Shown here piece by piece: positions 8,966 to 17,745 of a stretch of 32,000 bases of DNA. Every line of letters begins with the position of its first letter. Within the stretch, counting starts at the first letter, position 1. The notes under the pieces are model-generated. The model had not been told where the DNA came from and ran no database searches. It saw only the letters and a program-made list of their open reading frames with translations. The position numbers and the translations under genes were made by a program. The stretch is taken from the NCBI RefSeq assembly GCF_900168135.1, contig NZ_FUZD01000012.1, forward strand, positions 11,834 to 43,833. Reading direction: 5' to 3'. This stretch comes from Arthrobacter sp. 49Tsu3.1M3 (GTDB lineage: Bacteria > Actinomycetota > Actinomycetes > Actinomycetales > Micrococcaceae).

Positions 8966-10084
8966 ATGAAGATCGAAGCCCAATGGATGCGCGGAGGCAC
9001 CAGCAAGTGCTGGGTGTTCGAAGCGGAGCATCTCCAGGCGGGAGGCACCAGCCTCGATGTGCTGCTGCCGCGGCTGTTCGGCAGCCCGGACCCGCGCCAG
9101 ATCGACGGCGTCGGCGGCGCCACCTCGACCACCAGCAAGGCCGTGATCCTGCACCGGCCCGTCAGTGGCGACGTCGACGTTGAGTACACCTTTGCCCAAG
9201 TGGGTGTCGAAGAGGCCGCGGTGGACTGGGGCAGCAACTGCGGGAACGGCTCGGCGGTGGTGGGTCTGTACGCCATCGAGAAGGGCTGGGTGCTCCCAAA
9301 CGGAGACGTCACCAGGATCGTCACCCGCAACACCAACACCAACCAAATCATCGTCCAGCGTGTGGCAACCCCTGCCGGAGCCCTGGCCTCCATTCCGGAC
9401 GCCCGGATGCCAGGCGTACCCTTCCCCGGCTACGCTGTGGGGCTCGGCTTCCAGGACCCTGCCGGCAAGACCACCGGTGCGCTGCTGCCCACCGGAGCGG
9501 CCACCGACACCCTCACCGCCGGCGGAACCCGATGGACTGTATCGATGGTCGACGCCGGAGCGCCCGTGGTGATCGTCAACGCCGAAGAGCTGGGCCTGGA
9601 CCCGGCCAGGTACGACGGCTGGCGCGCCGGAGTGGAGCTGCAGCTGGATACCCTGGAGCAGATCCGGCGGCAGGCGGCGGTGCGGATGGGGCTGGTCCGC
9701 ACGACAGCCGAAGCGGCCCGGGCCATCCCCAAGCTCGCCGTTGTCGCCGCGCCCGCCCAGGCCGACCCCGCCTGCGACGCCAACGTCATGATGCTGTCCA
9801 TGGGCAAGCCCCACCCGGCCCTGGCCATCACCGGCAGCATCGCCCTGACCCTGGCCGCCCGCACCCCCGGCACCGTGCTGCACACCATCACGGGCGAGTC
9901 CCTGGGGAGCACGCTCCGGCTCCGCACCCCCGCCGGGGTCATCGAGACCTGGAGCGAGGAGCACGACGGGACGCTCCTCGTAGGCGTCGACCGCACGGCC
10001 CGCACGATCGCCACAACCACCATCCATCTCCCCGAGGTCCCTGGCAGCGCCGTCGCTGCCTCCCTCGCGGGAGCCACCTGCTGA
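8966..10084 (+). CDS. PrpF-family isomerase (methylaconitate/aconitate isomerase, 4-oxalomesaconate tautomerase, 3-methylitaconate isomerase family); substrate unassigned
   Basis: The N-terminal MRGGTSK motif, TSTTSKAVIL (catalytic-Lys-type motif) and WGSNCGNGS (Cys motif) are characteristic of PrpF/DUF453-type proteins. 372 aa. Confidence 0.8.
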   Translation: MKIEAQWMRGGTSKCWVFEAEHLQAGGTSLDVLLPRLFGSPDPRQIDGVGGATSTTSKAVILHRPVSGDVDVEYTFAQVGVEEAAVDWGSNCGNGSAVVGLYAIEKGWVLPNGDVTRIVTRNTNTNQIIVQRVATPAGALASIPDARMPGVPFPGYAVGLGFQDPAGKTTGALLPTGAATDTLTAGGTRWTVSMVDAGAPVVIVNAEELGLDPARYDGWRAGVELQLDTLEQIRRQAAVRMGLVRTTAEAARAIPKLAVVAAPAQADPACDANVMMLSMGKPHPALAITGSIALTLAARTPGTVLHTITGESLGSTLRLRTPAGVIETWSEEHDGTLLVGVDRTARTIATTTIHLPEVPGSAVAASLAGATC

Positions 10085-10094
10085 GGAGACCATC

Positions 10095-11543
10095 ATGACC
10101 GAGACTGAGCACCGCACCGCTGTCGCTGCGGACGAGACCCGGGACAACGATGCCCCGCGGCCAACCCGCCGCCGCCGCCGAATCCTACTGGCGGCGGCCG
10201 CCGGGTTCGCTTTCCTGGCTTTGGTTGCGCTCGTGCTGGGGGGTGGTATCTTCAACCCTTCGGCCACCCCGCAACCGGAGCATCCCATGACCGCTGTCCA
10301 AATCATCCCGCTCGTCATCCTCGTCATAATGTTCATCGTCGCCACGAAATGGCCGCTGAACATCGGCGTGATGGGGTTGGTTGCCTCCTTCGGCGTGGGC
10401 TATTTCATGCTCGGAATGACGGACAAGCAGATCCTCGAAGAGTTCCCCGCGAGCATCGTCGTGACGATCATCGGAGTCACCTATTTCTTCAGCATGGCCC
10501 AGCGGAACGGCACCATCGACATCATCGTCCAGACCTGCGTGCGCCTCGTCAGGGGCAAGACCATGCTGCTTCCCTGGGTGTTCTTCCTGATCGCTGCTGC
10601 GCTCACGTCACTGGGCACCTTCTCACCGGCGGCCGTTGCGCTGCTGGCGCCGGCGGCCATTGGATTCGCCTACGAGTCCCGGATCCATCCCGTGCTGATG
10701 GGCGCATTCATCATCAACGGAGCCCACGCCGGCGGCTTTTCCCCGCTGTCTGTCGCCGGTGTGCTGGTGCACGATATCGCCCTAAAGAACGGATTTCCCG
10801 TCTCCCCGGGCGCACTCTTCATTGCAAGCTTCGCTCTTAATCTCATTCTCTCCGTGCTCACTATCGTGCTGTTCGCCCTCCTGGGCAAGCTGCGGGACGG
10901 CGACGGCGGCCAGCATGCCGACGTCGACACCGCCCTGACCAGCCGTCCTCACGGGCAACAGATCCTCACGCTGGCACTGATCGCGGTGATGCTCGTGTGC
11001 ACCCTGGGGTTCCACCTGCCGATCGGCTTCGTGGCCCTCTCCGCCGGACTCCTGCTGGCGCTGGTCAACATCAGGGAACACCAAACGTTTATCGGCGGCG
11101 TCTCCTGGTCCACCGTCCTGCTGGTAGCCGGCATGATCACCTATGTCTCCCTGCTCCAGCATGTTGGCGTCATCGATACCCTCGCCGAGCAGGCTCTGGC
11201 ACTGGGCGCCCCGCTGCTGGTGGCGCTCGTCCTCTGTTACGTCATTGGCGTCGGCTCAGCCTTCGCCTCCTCCACGGCGTTGTTGACCGCGTTCATTCCC
11301 TTGGCCGGCCCGCTTCTGGCTACCAGCTCGCTGAGCGCCTCAGGAACGGTCGCGGCGCTGGCAATCGCTGCCACGGTGGTGGATGTCTCGCCCTTCTCCA
11401 CCGACGGGGCGCTGGTCGTCGCCAACGCCCGCGACAACGACAGGCAGCGGGTCTACCGGCAGCTGATGGCCTATGCCGGGGGAGTGGTGCTCGTAGCCCC
11501 GGCCCTCGCCTGGGTCCTGCTGGTTCCCACCGGCATCATGTAA
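10095..11543 (+). CDS. ion-transporter-superfamily anion permease (SLC13/CitMHS/MatC-like), probable carboxylate transporter
   Basis: Polytopic membrane protein of 482 aa with at least 10 hydrophobic segments. GGAG sits 6 nt before the ATG, 10 nt after the isomerase stop. An N-terminal Arg-rich segment and an extra TM precede the conserved core that starts near MTAVQIIPLVILV. Confidence 0.75.
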   Translation: MTETEHRTAVAADETRDNDAPRPTRRRRRILLAAAAGFAFLALVALVLGGGIFNPSATPQPEHPMTAVQIIPLVILVIMFIVATKWPLNIGVMGLVASFGVGYFMLGMTDKQILEEFPASIVVTIIGVTYFFSMAQRNGTIDIIVQTCVRLVRGKTMLLPWVFFLIAAALTSLGTFSPAAVALLAPAAIGFAYESRIHPVLMGAFIINGAHAGGFSPLSVAGVLVHDIALKNGFPVSPGALFIASFALNLILSVLTIVLFALLGKLRDGDGGQHADVDTALTSRPHGQQILTLALIAVMLVCTLGFHLPIGFVALSAGLLLALVNIREHQTFIGGVSWSTVLLVAGMITYVSLLQHVGVIDTLAEQALALGAPLLVALVLCYVIGVGSAFASSTALLTAFIPLAGPLLATSSLSASGTVAALAIAATVVDVSPFSTDGALVVANARDNDRQRVYRQLMAYAGGVVLVAPALAWVLLVPTGIM

Positions 11544-11667
11544 CCCCACGGCCACCGGCGACGCGGCTACCTCTGGCCAGGACGACCCCGCCGCATTGAA
11601 TCAAGTCGTCGGTTGCGGCAAGCAACCACGAAGAAGGCCCGGACACAGCGTCCGCCGGCACCAGACC

Positions 11668-11733
11668 GCAGTGGGGCGGCGAATGATGATCACCCGGATC
11701 ATCGCCTAATCGCAACGCGCGCCGCCCCAGTGC
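11668..11733. other. nested inverted repeats (structured element) in a 338-bp non-coding gap
   Basis: Outer arms are GCAGTGGGGCGGCG (11668-11681) and CGCCGCCCCAGTGC (11720-11733), with one mismatch. The inner hairpin GATGATC-ACCCG-GATCATC (11685-11703) is perfect. Confidence 0.4.
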
Positions 11734-11881
11734 CCTGACACTTCAACAGCGGCCGCATGGCACTAAGCGTTTGCGATCATCCCGCCGCACGGAAACCGCC
11801 GGGACGACATTTCGTGGCAGTGTTTCCCGGAATGACCGGCAAGTGCCCCCCATGGACGGGAACGGGGGAGCGCGAGGAGGC

Positions 11882-12601
11882 CTAGGTCCGCGGCCGGTTC
11901 CAGCGGTACTCGTTCTCCGGCCGGCCGGGGGCGCCGTAGCGGGCGGCGCGGGTGACCGTTCCGGCGTCGGCGAGGTATTCGAGGTAGCGCCGGGCGGTGA
12001 CCCGGGACATCCCGAGCGCCTCCATGACCTCGCTGGCAGACACCGCCTCGGCCTGCTGCTTGATGTAGTCCTTGACCGATTCCAGCGTGGACACGGCCAG
12101 GCCCTTGGGCAGCGACAGCTCGGACGGGGCACGGAGGCTGGCGAAGGCCTGGTCCACATCGCTTTGGGACGCCCGGGCCCCGGCCTCCCCGGCCAGGGGC
12201 GCTGCCAGCTGCTCGCGGAACAGCCGGTAGCTGGCGAGCTTGTCCGCAAAGGTTGCATAGGTGAACGGCTTGATCAGGTACTGGACCACGCCGGTGGCCA
12301 CCGCGCTGCGGACAATGTTCAGTTCCCGCACCGCGGTGATGGCGATGATGTCCGCGAACAGTCCGGCCGCCCGCATCCGGCGTGCAATGTCCAGCCCGTG
12401 CAGGTCCGGGAGGTTCATGTCCAGCAGGACCAGCTCCACCGGATTGCCTGCCGCGGAGAATTCGGTGAGCAGGCGCAGAGCGGACTGGCCGTCGGGCGCG
12501 GAGCCTGCCAGGGTGAAACCGTCCAGCCTCTCGATGTAGGCGGCGTGCGCTGCGGCAGCGATGGGCTCGTCCTCGACGACGAGCACCCGGATCTCGCTCA
12601 T
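11882..12601 (-). CDS. two-component response regulator, CitB/DcuR family
   Basis: Receiver domain (MSEIRVLVVEDEP…LVLLDMNLPD) followed by a C-terminal HTH of the CitB/DcuR type. Its ATG overlaps the kinase stop (ATGA). Confidence 0.9.
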   Translation of the reverse strand: MSEIRVLVVEDEPIAAAAHAAYIERLDGFTLAGSAPDGQSALRLLTEFSAAGNPVELVLLDMNLPDLHGLDIARRMRAAGLFADIIAITAVRELNIVRSAVATGVVQYLIKPFTYATFADKLASYRLFREQLAAPLAGEAGARASQSDVDQAFASLRAPSELSLPKGLAVSTLESVKDYIKQQAEAVSASEVMEALGMSRVTARRYLEYLADAGTVTRAARYGAPGRPENEYRWNRPRT

Positions 12602-14316
12602 GGTTGTCCCTCTGTAGTGACCGGCTGCGTAGTGACCGGCGGTGTTGTGACGGGCAGAGTGACGCGGAACAGCGCCCCGGCCGGGCTGGTGATTGTCATG
12701 GTACCGCCCAGCCGCTGCACCGCCTGGCGCACCAGGGCCAGTCCAAGGCCGCGTCCGAACGGTCCCGGGGCCTTGGTGCTGAAACCGTGCCGGAAGACGT
12801 CCTCCACGGCCGCGGGATCGATCCCGGGGCCGCTGTCCTCCACGGTAATCTCCAGGGCGGAGCCGGTGGTCTCGACGGTCAGCTCCACGAGCCTGGGTGC
12901 CGGCGCCTCGGCCGCGGCGTCGATGGCATTGTCCAGCAGGTTCCCCAGGATGGCCACGAGGTCCTGCACGGCCAGTCCGGTCACGGCGGTCGAACCGCTG
13001 GTATTGAGGGTCAGTTCGACGCCGCGTTCGTGTGCCTCGGCTGCCTTGCCCATGATCAGGGCGCCGAGCACGGGTTCCTCGATGGAGCTCACAATGTCAT
13101 CCGTGAGCCGCTGGCTCAGTTCCAGGTCCTTGGTGGCGAAGTCCAGCGCCTCGGGGCCCCGGCCCAGTTCCATGAGCGAGACGATCGTGTGGAGCCGGTT
13201 GGCGTGCTCGTGGGTCTGGGCGCGGAGCGCGTCCGAGAGCGTGCGCATGGTTTCGAGTTCACTGCCCAGGGATTCGATCTCGGTACGGTCCCGGATGGTG
13301 GCGACCGTGCCATAAACAGGAGTGCCAGCGGCGGCGACGGACTCCGCTCCACGCTGGCGGGCGCCGGCAGATTCGGGTCCCACCGCGGGGCCCTGGTTGA
13401 CTACCAGGATCCGCGAGCCGGTCAGGTGGATCTCATCCAGGGCGGTCCGCCCCGATTCGAAGAGCTCCTTGAGGCTGGGGGCCAGCGGCAACTCCGCGAG
13501 GGAGGGAGCCGCCTGGCGGCCGCCCCCCGCACCGCCGTCAGCGCCGGAGGTGGGGCCGCCGTCGGCGGACTGTTTCCTCAGCCCGAGCAGTTCGGCGGCC
13601 TGGTCGTTGTACATGACCACTTTGCCCTTGGGGTCGATGAGGATCACGCCCTCGCGCACCGAATGCAGCACCGATTCGTAGTACGCGAAGAGCTGGCCCA
13701 GCTCTTCCGGACCCCAGCCTCGGGTCACCCGGCGCAGGTACCGTCCCAGGAGCCAGGCCGCCGCCGACCCGCCGGCCAGCAGCGCCAGGCTGATGGCCAG
13801 CAGCGCCGGCAACCGGCCGGAGAGTGCGACGTCCACCGTCCGGACCGTCACGCCCGCCGCCACGAGCGCCCGGACCTTGCCGTCGGCATCCTTGACGGGG
13901 GCGATGGTGCGCACTGACGGGCCGAGGGTGCCGGCCATGACTTCGGTGAACACCTGGCCATGGAGGGCCGCGTCGATGGAACCGATGTACGGTTTGCCCA
14001 GTTCCTCATCGCGCGGGTGGGTCCAGCGCGTGCGGTCCGGGGCCATGATCGTGATGAAATCCGCGTCGGCGTCGTTCATGATCTTCAGGGCATACGGCTG
14101 CAGCAGGGCCGTGGGGTTGGCCGAGTCCGCCGCCGCCAGGACGAAGGGGGCGTCGGCGACGGTGGTGGCGATGCCTGCCATCCGGCGTCCGGCCTCGTCG
14201 TAGGCGTGATCGCGCGCGTCCACGAACACGGCCGTGCCAACGATGGCCGTCAGGGCCACCACGAACAGCAGGTTGGCCGCAAAGAGCCTGCGGGCGATGC
14301 TCCAGCGCCGGATCAT
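12598..14316 (-). CDS. sensor histidine kinase, CitA/DcuS family
   Basis: Two TM segments flank an extracytoplasmic sensor domain, followed by a cytoplasmic PAS-like region, an H-box (EHANRLHT) and an ATPase domain (N, G boxes: LLDNAIDA, DSGPGI, GRGLGL). The start at 14316 is preferred (GGAAGG SD) over 14346. Confidence 0.85.
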   Translation of the reverse strand: MIRRWSIARRLFAANLLFVVALTAIVGTAVFVDARDHAYDEAGRRMAGIATTVADAPFVLAAADSANPTALLQPYALKIMNDADADFITIMAPDRTRWTHPRDEELGKPYIGSIDAALHGQVFTEVMAGTLGPSVRTIAPVKDADGKVRALVAAGVTVRTVDVALSGRLPALLAISLALLAGGSAAAWLLGRYLRRVTRGWGPEELGQLFAYYESVLHSVREGVILIDPKGKVVMYNDQAAELLGLRKQSADGGPTSGADGGAGGGRQAAPSLAELPLAPSLKELFESGRTALDEIHLTGSRILVVNQGPAVGPESAGARQRGAESVAAAGTPVYGTVATIRDRTEIESLGSELETMRTLSDALRAQTHEHANRLHTIVSLMELGRGPEALDFATKDLELSQRLTDDIVSSIEEPVLGALIMGKAAEAHERGVELTLNTSGSTAVTGLAVQDLVAILGNLLDNAIDAAAEAPAPRLVELTVETTGSALEITVEDSGPGIDPAAVEDVFRHGFSTKAPGPFGRGLGLALVRQAVQRLGGTMTITSPAGALFRVTLPVTTPPVTTQPVTTEGQP

Positions 14317-14453
14317 CAACACCTTCCATGACCAATATGAACGCAAGGGTGATGCGCGTCACCTTCTCATCAATGATGGGGTTACACGCAAGAAGGACAA
14401 GAGCGGACCACAGCCAGGACCGCACCAAGTCCAGCCTATCCAAGGAGAACACC

Positions 14454-15827
14454 ATGGCCTCTCAACGAGGAGAGTCAGCAGCACCGGCCGCCGCTCCGGC
14501 CAAGAAGCGCAAGGGACTGGACAAGTCCCACTACCTCTACATCGCAGTCATCGTCGCCGTGATTGCGGGTGCCGTCATTGGCCTGCTGTTCCCCGAGGTC
14601 GGCAAATCCCTCAAGCCGCTCGGCGACGGCTTCATCAAACTCATCAAGATGATGATTGCGCCCGTGATCTTCTGCACGATCGTGCTCGGCATCGGCTCCA
14701 TCGCCAAGGCCGCCACGGTCGGCAAGGTCGGCGGCCTGGCGCTCGCCTACTTTGTGGTCATGTCCACTTTCGCCCTGGCGATCGGCCTCGTGGTCGGCAA
14801 CCTGATCCACCCGGGCGAGGGCCTCAAGCTCGCACCCTATGATCCGAACAAGAAGGCGGCTGTGGACAGCACCGTTGACTTCCTGCTGGGCATCATCCCG
14901 GGCGACATTCCCGTGTTGCCGACTCTCCTCGCCGCGATCCTGGTCGGCTTCGCGCTGCAGAAGATGGGCCCGCAGGGAGCCCCGATCCTCAAGGCCGTCG
15001 GCTACGGCCAGGCCCTCGTCTTCCGCATCCTCATCATGATCATGTGGCTGGCTCCGGTCGGAGCCTTCGGCGCGATCGCCGCGGTGGTCGGTGCCACCGG
15101 CTTCCAGGCCATCATCAGCATGGCGACCCTCATGGGCGCCTTCTACATCACCTGCGCCCTGTTCATCGTCGTGGTCCTCGGCGGTTTGCTCAAGGCGGTC
15201 GCGGGCGTCAGCATCTTCCGGCTCATGAAGTACCTTGGCCGCGAATACCTGCTGATCTTCTCCACGTCCTCCTCCGAAGCCGCGCTGCCCCGTTTGATCG
15301 CGAAGATGGAACACCTCGGCGTGTCCAAGCCCGTCGTCGGCGTCACGGTCCCTACCGGGTACTCCTTCAACCTGGACGGGACCGCCATCTACCTGACTAT
15401 GGCCGCACTGTTCGTCGCCAACGCCATGGGCACGCCGCTGGACCTTGGCGCGCAGGTTTCCCTGCTGGTCTTCATGATCATCGCCTCCAAGGGTGCCGCC
15501 GGCGTCACCGGCGCCGGCCTGGCCACGCTGGCCGCCGGACTCCAGGCGCACGCACCCCAACTGCTGGGCGGCGTGGGCATGATCGTCGGCATCGACCGGT
15601 TCATGTCCGAGGCGCGGGCCCTGACCAACTTCACCGGCAACGCCGTCGCCACGGTGCTGATCGGCACCTGGGTCAAGGAGATCGACGGCGAACGCGTGGA
15701 CCGCGTCCTGGCCGGTGCCGAGCCGTTCAACGAAGAGACGATGCTGGCCGGCCACTCCGGCGCACAGGATGCCGAACAGCCGGTACAGCCCGCACAGCCG
15801 GCACAGCCGGTCCTGGCACACGCCTGA
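14454..15827 (+). CDS. dctA: C4-dicarboxylate:cation symporter
   Basis: DAACS-family sequence (…FIKLIKMMIAPVIFCTIVLGI…, SSSEAALP motif). The ATG at 14454 is preceded by AAGGAG. It is divergent from the DcuS/DcuR-like pair. Confidence 0.9.
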   Translation: MASQRGESAAPAAAPAKKRKGLDKSHYLYIAVIVAVIAGAVIGLLFPEVGKSLKPLGDGFIKLIKMMIAPVIFCTIVLGIGSIAKAATVGKVGGLALAYFVVMSTFALAIGLVVGNLIHPGEGLKLAPYDPNKKAAVDSTVDFLLGIIPGDIPVLPTLLAAILVGFALQKMGPQGAPILKAVGYGQALVFRILIMIMWLAPVGAFGAIAAVVGATGFQAIISMATLMGAFYITCALFIVVVLGGLLKAVAGVSIFRLMKYLGREYLLIFSTSSSEAALPRLIAKMEHLGVSKPVVGVTVPTGYSFNLDGTAIYLTMAALFVANAMGTPLDLGAQVSLLVFMIIASKGAAGVTGAGLATLAAGLQAHAPQLLGGVGMIVGIDRFMSEARALTNFTGNAVATVLIGTWVKEIDGERVDRVLAGAEPFNEETMLAGHSGAQDAEQPVQPAQPAQPVLAHA

Positions 15828-15842
15828 ACCCACGCCTGAACC
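15819..15842 (+). repeat. 12-bp tandem duplication CACGCCTGAACC x2 straddling the dctA stop codon
   Basis: Read directly. The TGA at 15825-15827 lies inside copy 1. Confidence 0.9.
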
Positions 15843-15884
15843 GGCCCGGCCGCGGCCGGACCGGACGCACTACCGCTCGATGAC

Positions 15885-15921
15885 CCCAAGCGCCCGGCAG
15901 CCCAGCTGCCGGGCGCTTGGG
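15885..15921. terminator. bidirectional stem-loop terminator between dctA and the ABC ATPase gene
   Basis: Perfect 17-bp stem CCCAAGCGCCCGGCAGC / GCTGCCGGGCGCTTGGG with a 3-nt loop (CCA) in the convergent gap. Confidence 0.7.
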
Positions 15922-15929
15922 CGTTCGGT

Positions 15930-16679
15930 TCAGACCTTGTCGGCGCCGAAGGGGGTGACCACCGTGCGGCGGGGCGTCCCGGCGTCGTCGTAGTTCAGGG
16001 TGCTGACGCGGACGCCGTACAGCGCCGAAAGCTGCGCATCGGCGAGGAGCGGCCCGGCAGGCCCGGTCACCACACCCTCGGCGCCCATCAGGACCACCGA
16101 GTCCGCAAGGAACAGGGCGTGGTCCGGGTGATGGGTGCTGACGAGCAGGGACATCCCGGTCCGCACGAGTTCCCTCAGCAGCTGCAGGACCCGGACCTGG
16201 TTCTTCAGGTCCAGCCCGGTGGACGGCTCATCCAGGACGAGGAGCCGCGAACCGCCTGCAATAGCCCGTGCAATGAGGACCAGCTGCTGCTCGCCCCCGC
16301 TCAGCGTCGGAAACAGCCGGTCGGCCAGGGCGGCGATCCCCACCCGGTCCATGGCGTGGAGCGCGGCGGCCCTGTCCCGGCTGCCGGGGGAGCGGAAGAC
16401 GCCGATGTGGCGGGCACGGCCCATGACCACCATGTCCAGGGCCGGGTAGCCGAACGTGCTGCCGCGCGCCTGGGGAACATAGCCCGCCGTCTCGGACCTG
16501 CGCACCGCGCCCTCCCGCACGGCCAGCATGCCGGCCGCGCAGCGCACCAGGGTAGTTTTGCCGCTGCCGTTGGGCCCCAGGACCGCGGTTACGGTGCCCG
16601 GCGGCACCGAGAAGCTGAGATCCTTGAACACCCAATTCTGCGGTGAATAGCCGAAGCCGGCCCCGCGCAGCTCAAGCAC
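15930..16679 (-). CDS. ABC transporter ATP-binding protein (FepC/FecE/BtuD-like)
   Basis: Walker A GPNGSGKTT, signature LSGGEQQ, Walker B LLVLDEP and an H-loop (STHH). It overlaps the permease gene by 8 nt. Confidence 0.9.
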   Translation of the reverse strand: MLELRGAGFGYSPQNWVFKDLSFSVPPGTVTAVLGPNGSGKTTLVRCAAGMLAVREGAVRRSETAGYVPQARGSTFGYPALDMVVMGRARHIGVFRSPGSRDRAAALHAMDRVGIAALADRLFPTLSGGEQQLVLIARAIAGGSRLLVLDEPSTGLDLKNQVRVLQLLRELVRTGMSLLVSTHHPDHALFLADSVVLMGAEGVVTGPAGPLLADAQLSALYGVRVSTLNYDDAGTPRRTVVTPFGADKV

Positions 16680-17745
16680 CGTCCCAGATCCTCTCCCGGT
16701 TCCGGCGCAAGAGCACGAAGAAGACCGGTGCGCCGATCAGGGCGGTCAGGACGCCCAACGGGATTTCCCCGGCCGTGGCGGTGCGCGCGATGGTGTCGAT
16801 GGCGATCAGGTAGGCCCCGCCCAGCAGGAAGGAGACCGGCAGCAGCACCCGGTGGTCCGGTCCCACCCACATGCGTGCGAGGTGCGGGATGACCAGCCCC
16901 ACCCAGCTGATGACGCCGCTGACGGCGACGGCCCCGGCGACCATGAGGGCCACGGCGGCGAGGACCGCCCAGCGCAGGGGGCGCGGCCGGAGCCCCAGGG
17001 CGGTGGCGTCGTCGTCGCCGAGCGAGAGCACATTGATCCGCCACCGCAGGGCCAGCAGGACGACGCCGCCGGCAGCGATCGGAATGAGGGCCACCAGCAC
17101 TTTTGCCCAGGTGGCAGTGGAGACACTGCCAAGCAGCCAGAAAACGATGGCAGGCAAGGTGGTGAACGGGTCCGCCAGGTACGTCACCAGGGCCACCAGG
17201 GCGGAGAAGAACGAGGCCGTGACGATTCCTCCGAGGACCACCATGAGGATGTGGGCGCCGCCCCGTCCGGACGTGATGAGGAAGACGATTCCCAGTGCCA
17301 GCAGCCCGAAGCCGAACGATCCGCCCACGAGGGCGACGGGGCCCAGGCCCAGCAGCAGGGCCAGGGCGCCGCCGAAGGAGGCCCCCGAGGAGACACCGAT
17401 GACCTCCGGGCTGACCAGGGGGTTGCGGAACACGGCCTGCAGGGCCGCGCCACCGATGGCGAGGGCGCCACCGACCAGCAGGGCAAGCAGGACCCTGGGC
17501 AACCTGACCAGCAGCACCACGTTCTCCTCGGCCGCGGGAAGGCCCGGGCCGAAGGGAACTATTCGGGACGCCAGGATCTGCACGACATGGTCCAGGGACA
17601 CGCTGTAGCGGCCGCTGGCGAGTGCAACCGCCGACACGGCCGCCAGGACTGCTCCGGAGAGCAGGCATGGACCGATGACCTGGCGCAGCCGCGATCCCCG
17701 GCCGCCCGGGGGTCCCGTGGTCAGAGGCTGGGCCTCACGAAGCAT
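16672..17745 (-). CDS. FecCD-family ABC permease (iron-chelate/cobalamin type)
   Basis: 357-aa polytopic protein with typical FecCD/BtuC features (…RLPRVLLALLVGGALAIGGAALQAVFRNPLVSPEVIGVSSGA…). It overlaps the binding-protein gene by 11 nt. Confidence 0.9.
   Translation of the reverse strand: MLREAQPLTTGPPGGRGSRLRQVIGPCLLSGAVLAAVSAVALASGRYSVSLDHVVQILASRIVPFGPGLPAAEENVVLLVRLPRVLLALLVGGALAIGGAALQAVFRNPLVSPEVIGVSSGASFGGALALLLGLGPVALVGGSFGFGLLALGIVFLITSGRGGAHILMVVLGGIVTASFFSALVALVTYLADPFTTLPAIVFWLLGSVSTATWAKVLVALIPIAAGGVVLLALRWRINVLSLGDDDATALGLRPRPLRWAVLAAVALMVAGAVAVSGVISWVGLVIPHLARMWVGPDHRVLLPVSFLLGGAYLIAIDTIARTATAGEIPLGVLTALIGAPVFFVLLRRNRERIWDGA

Noticed and set aside
14317-14453. Imperfect palindrome GGTGATGCGCGTCACC in the kinase/dctA divergent region as a DcuR-type binding site
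   Set aside because: It has only 5-bp perfect arms. I recognise no repeat pattern of the kind expected for CitB/DcuR regulators. It is too weak to report as a feature.
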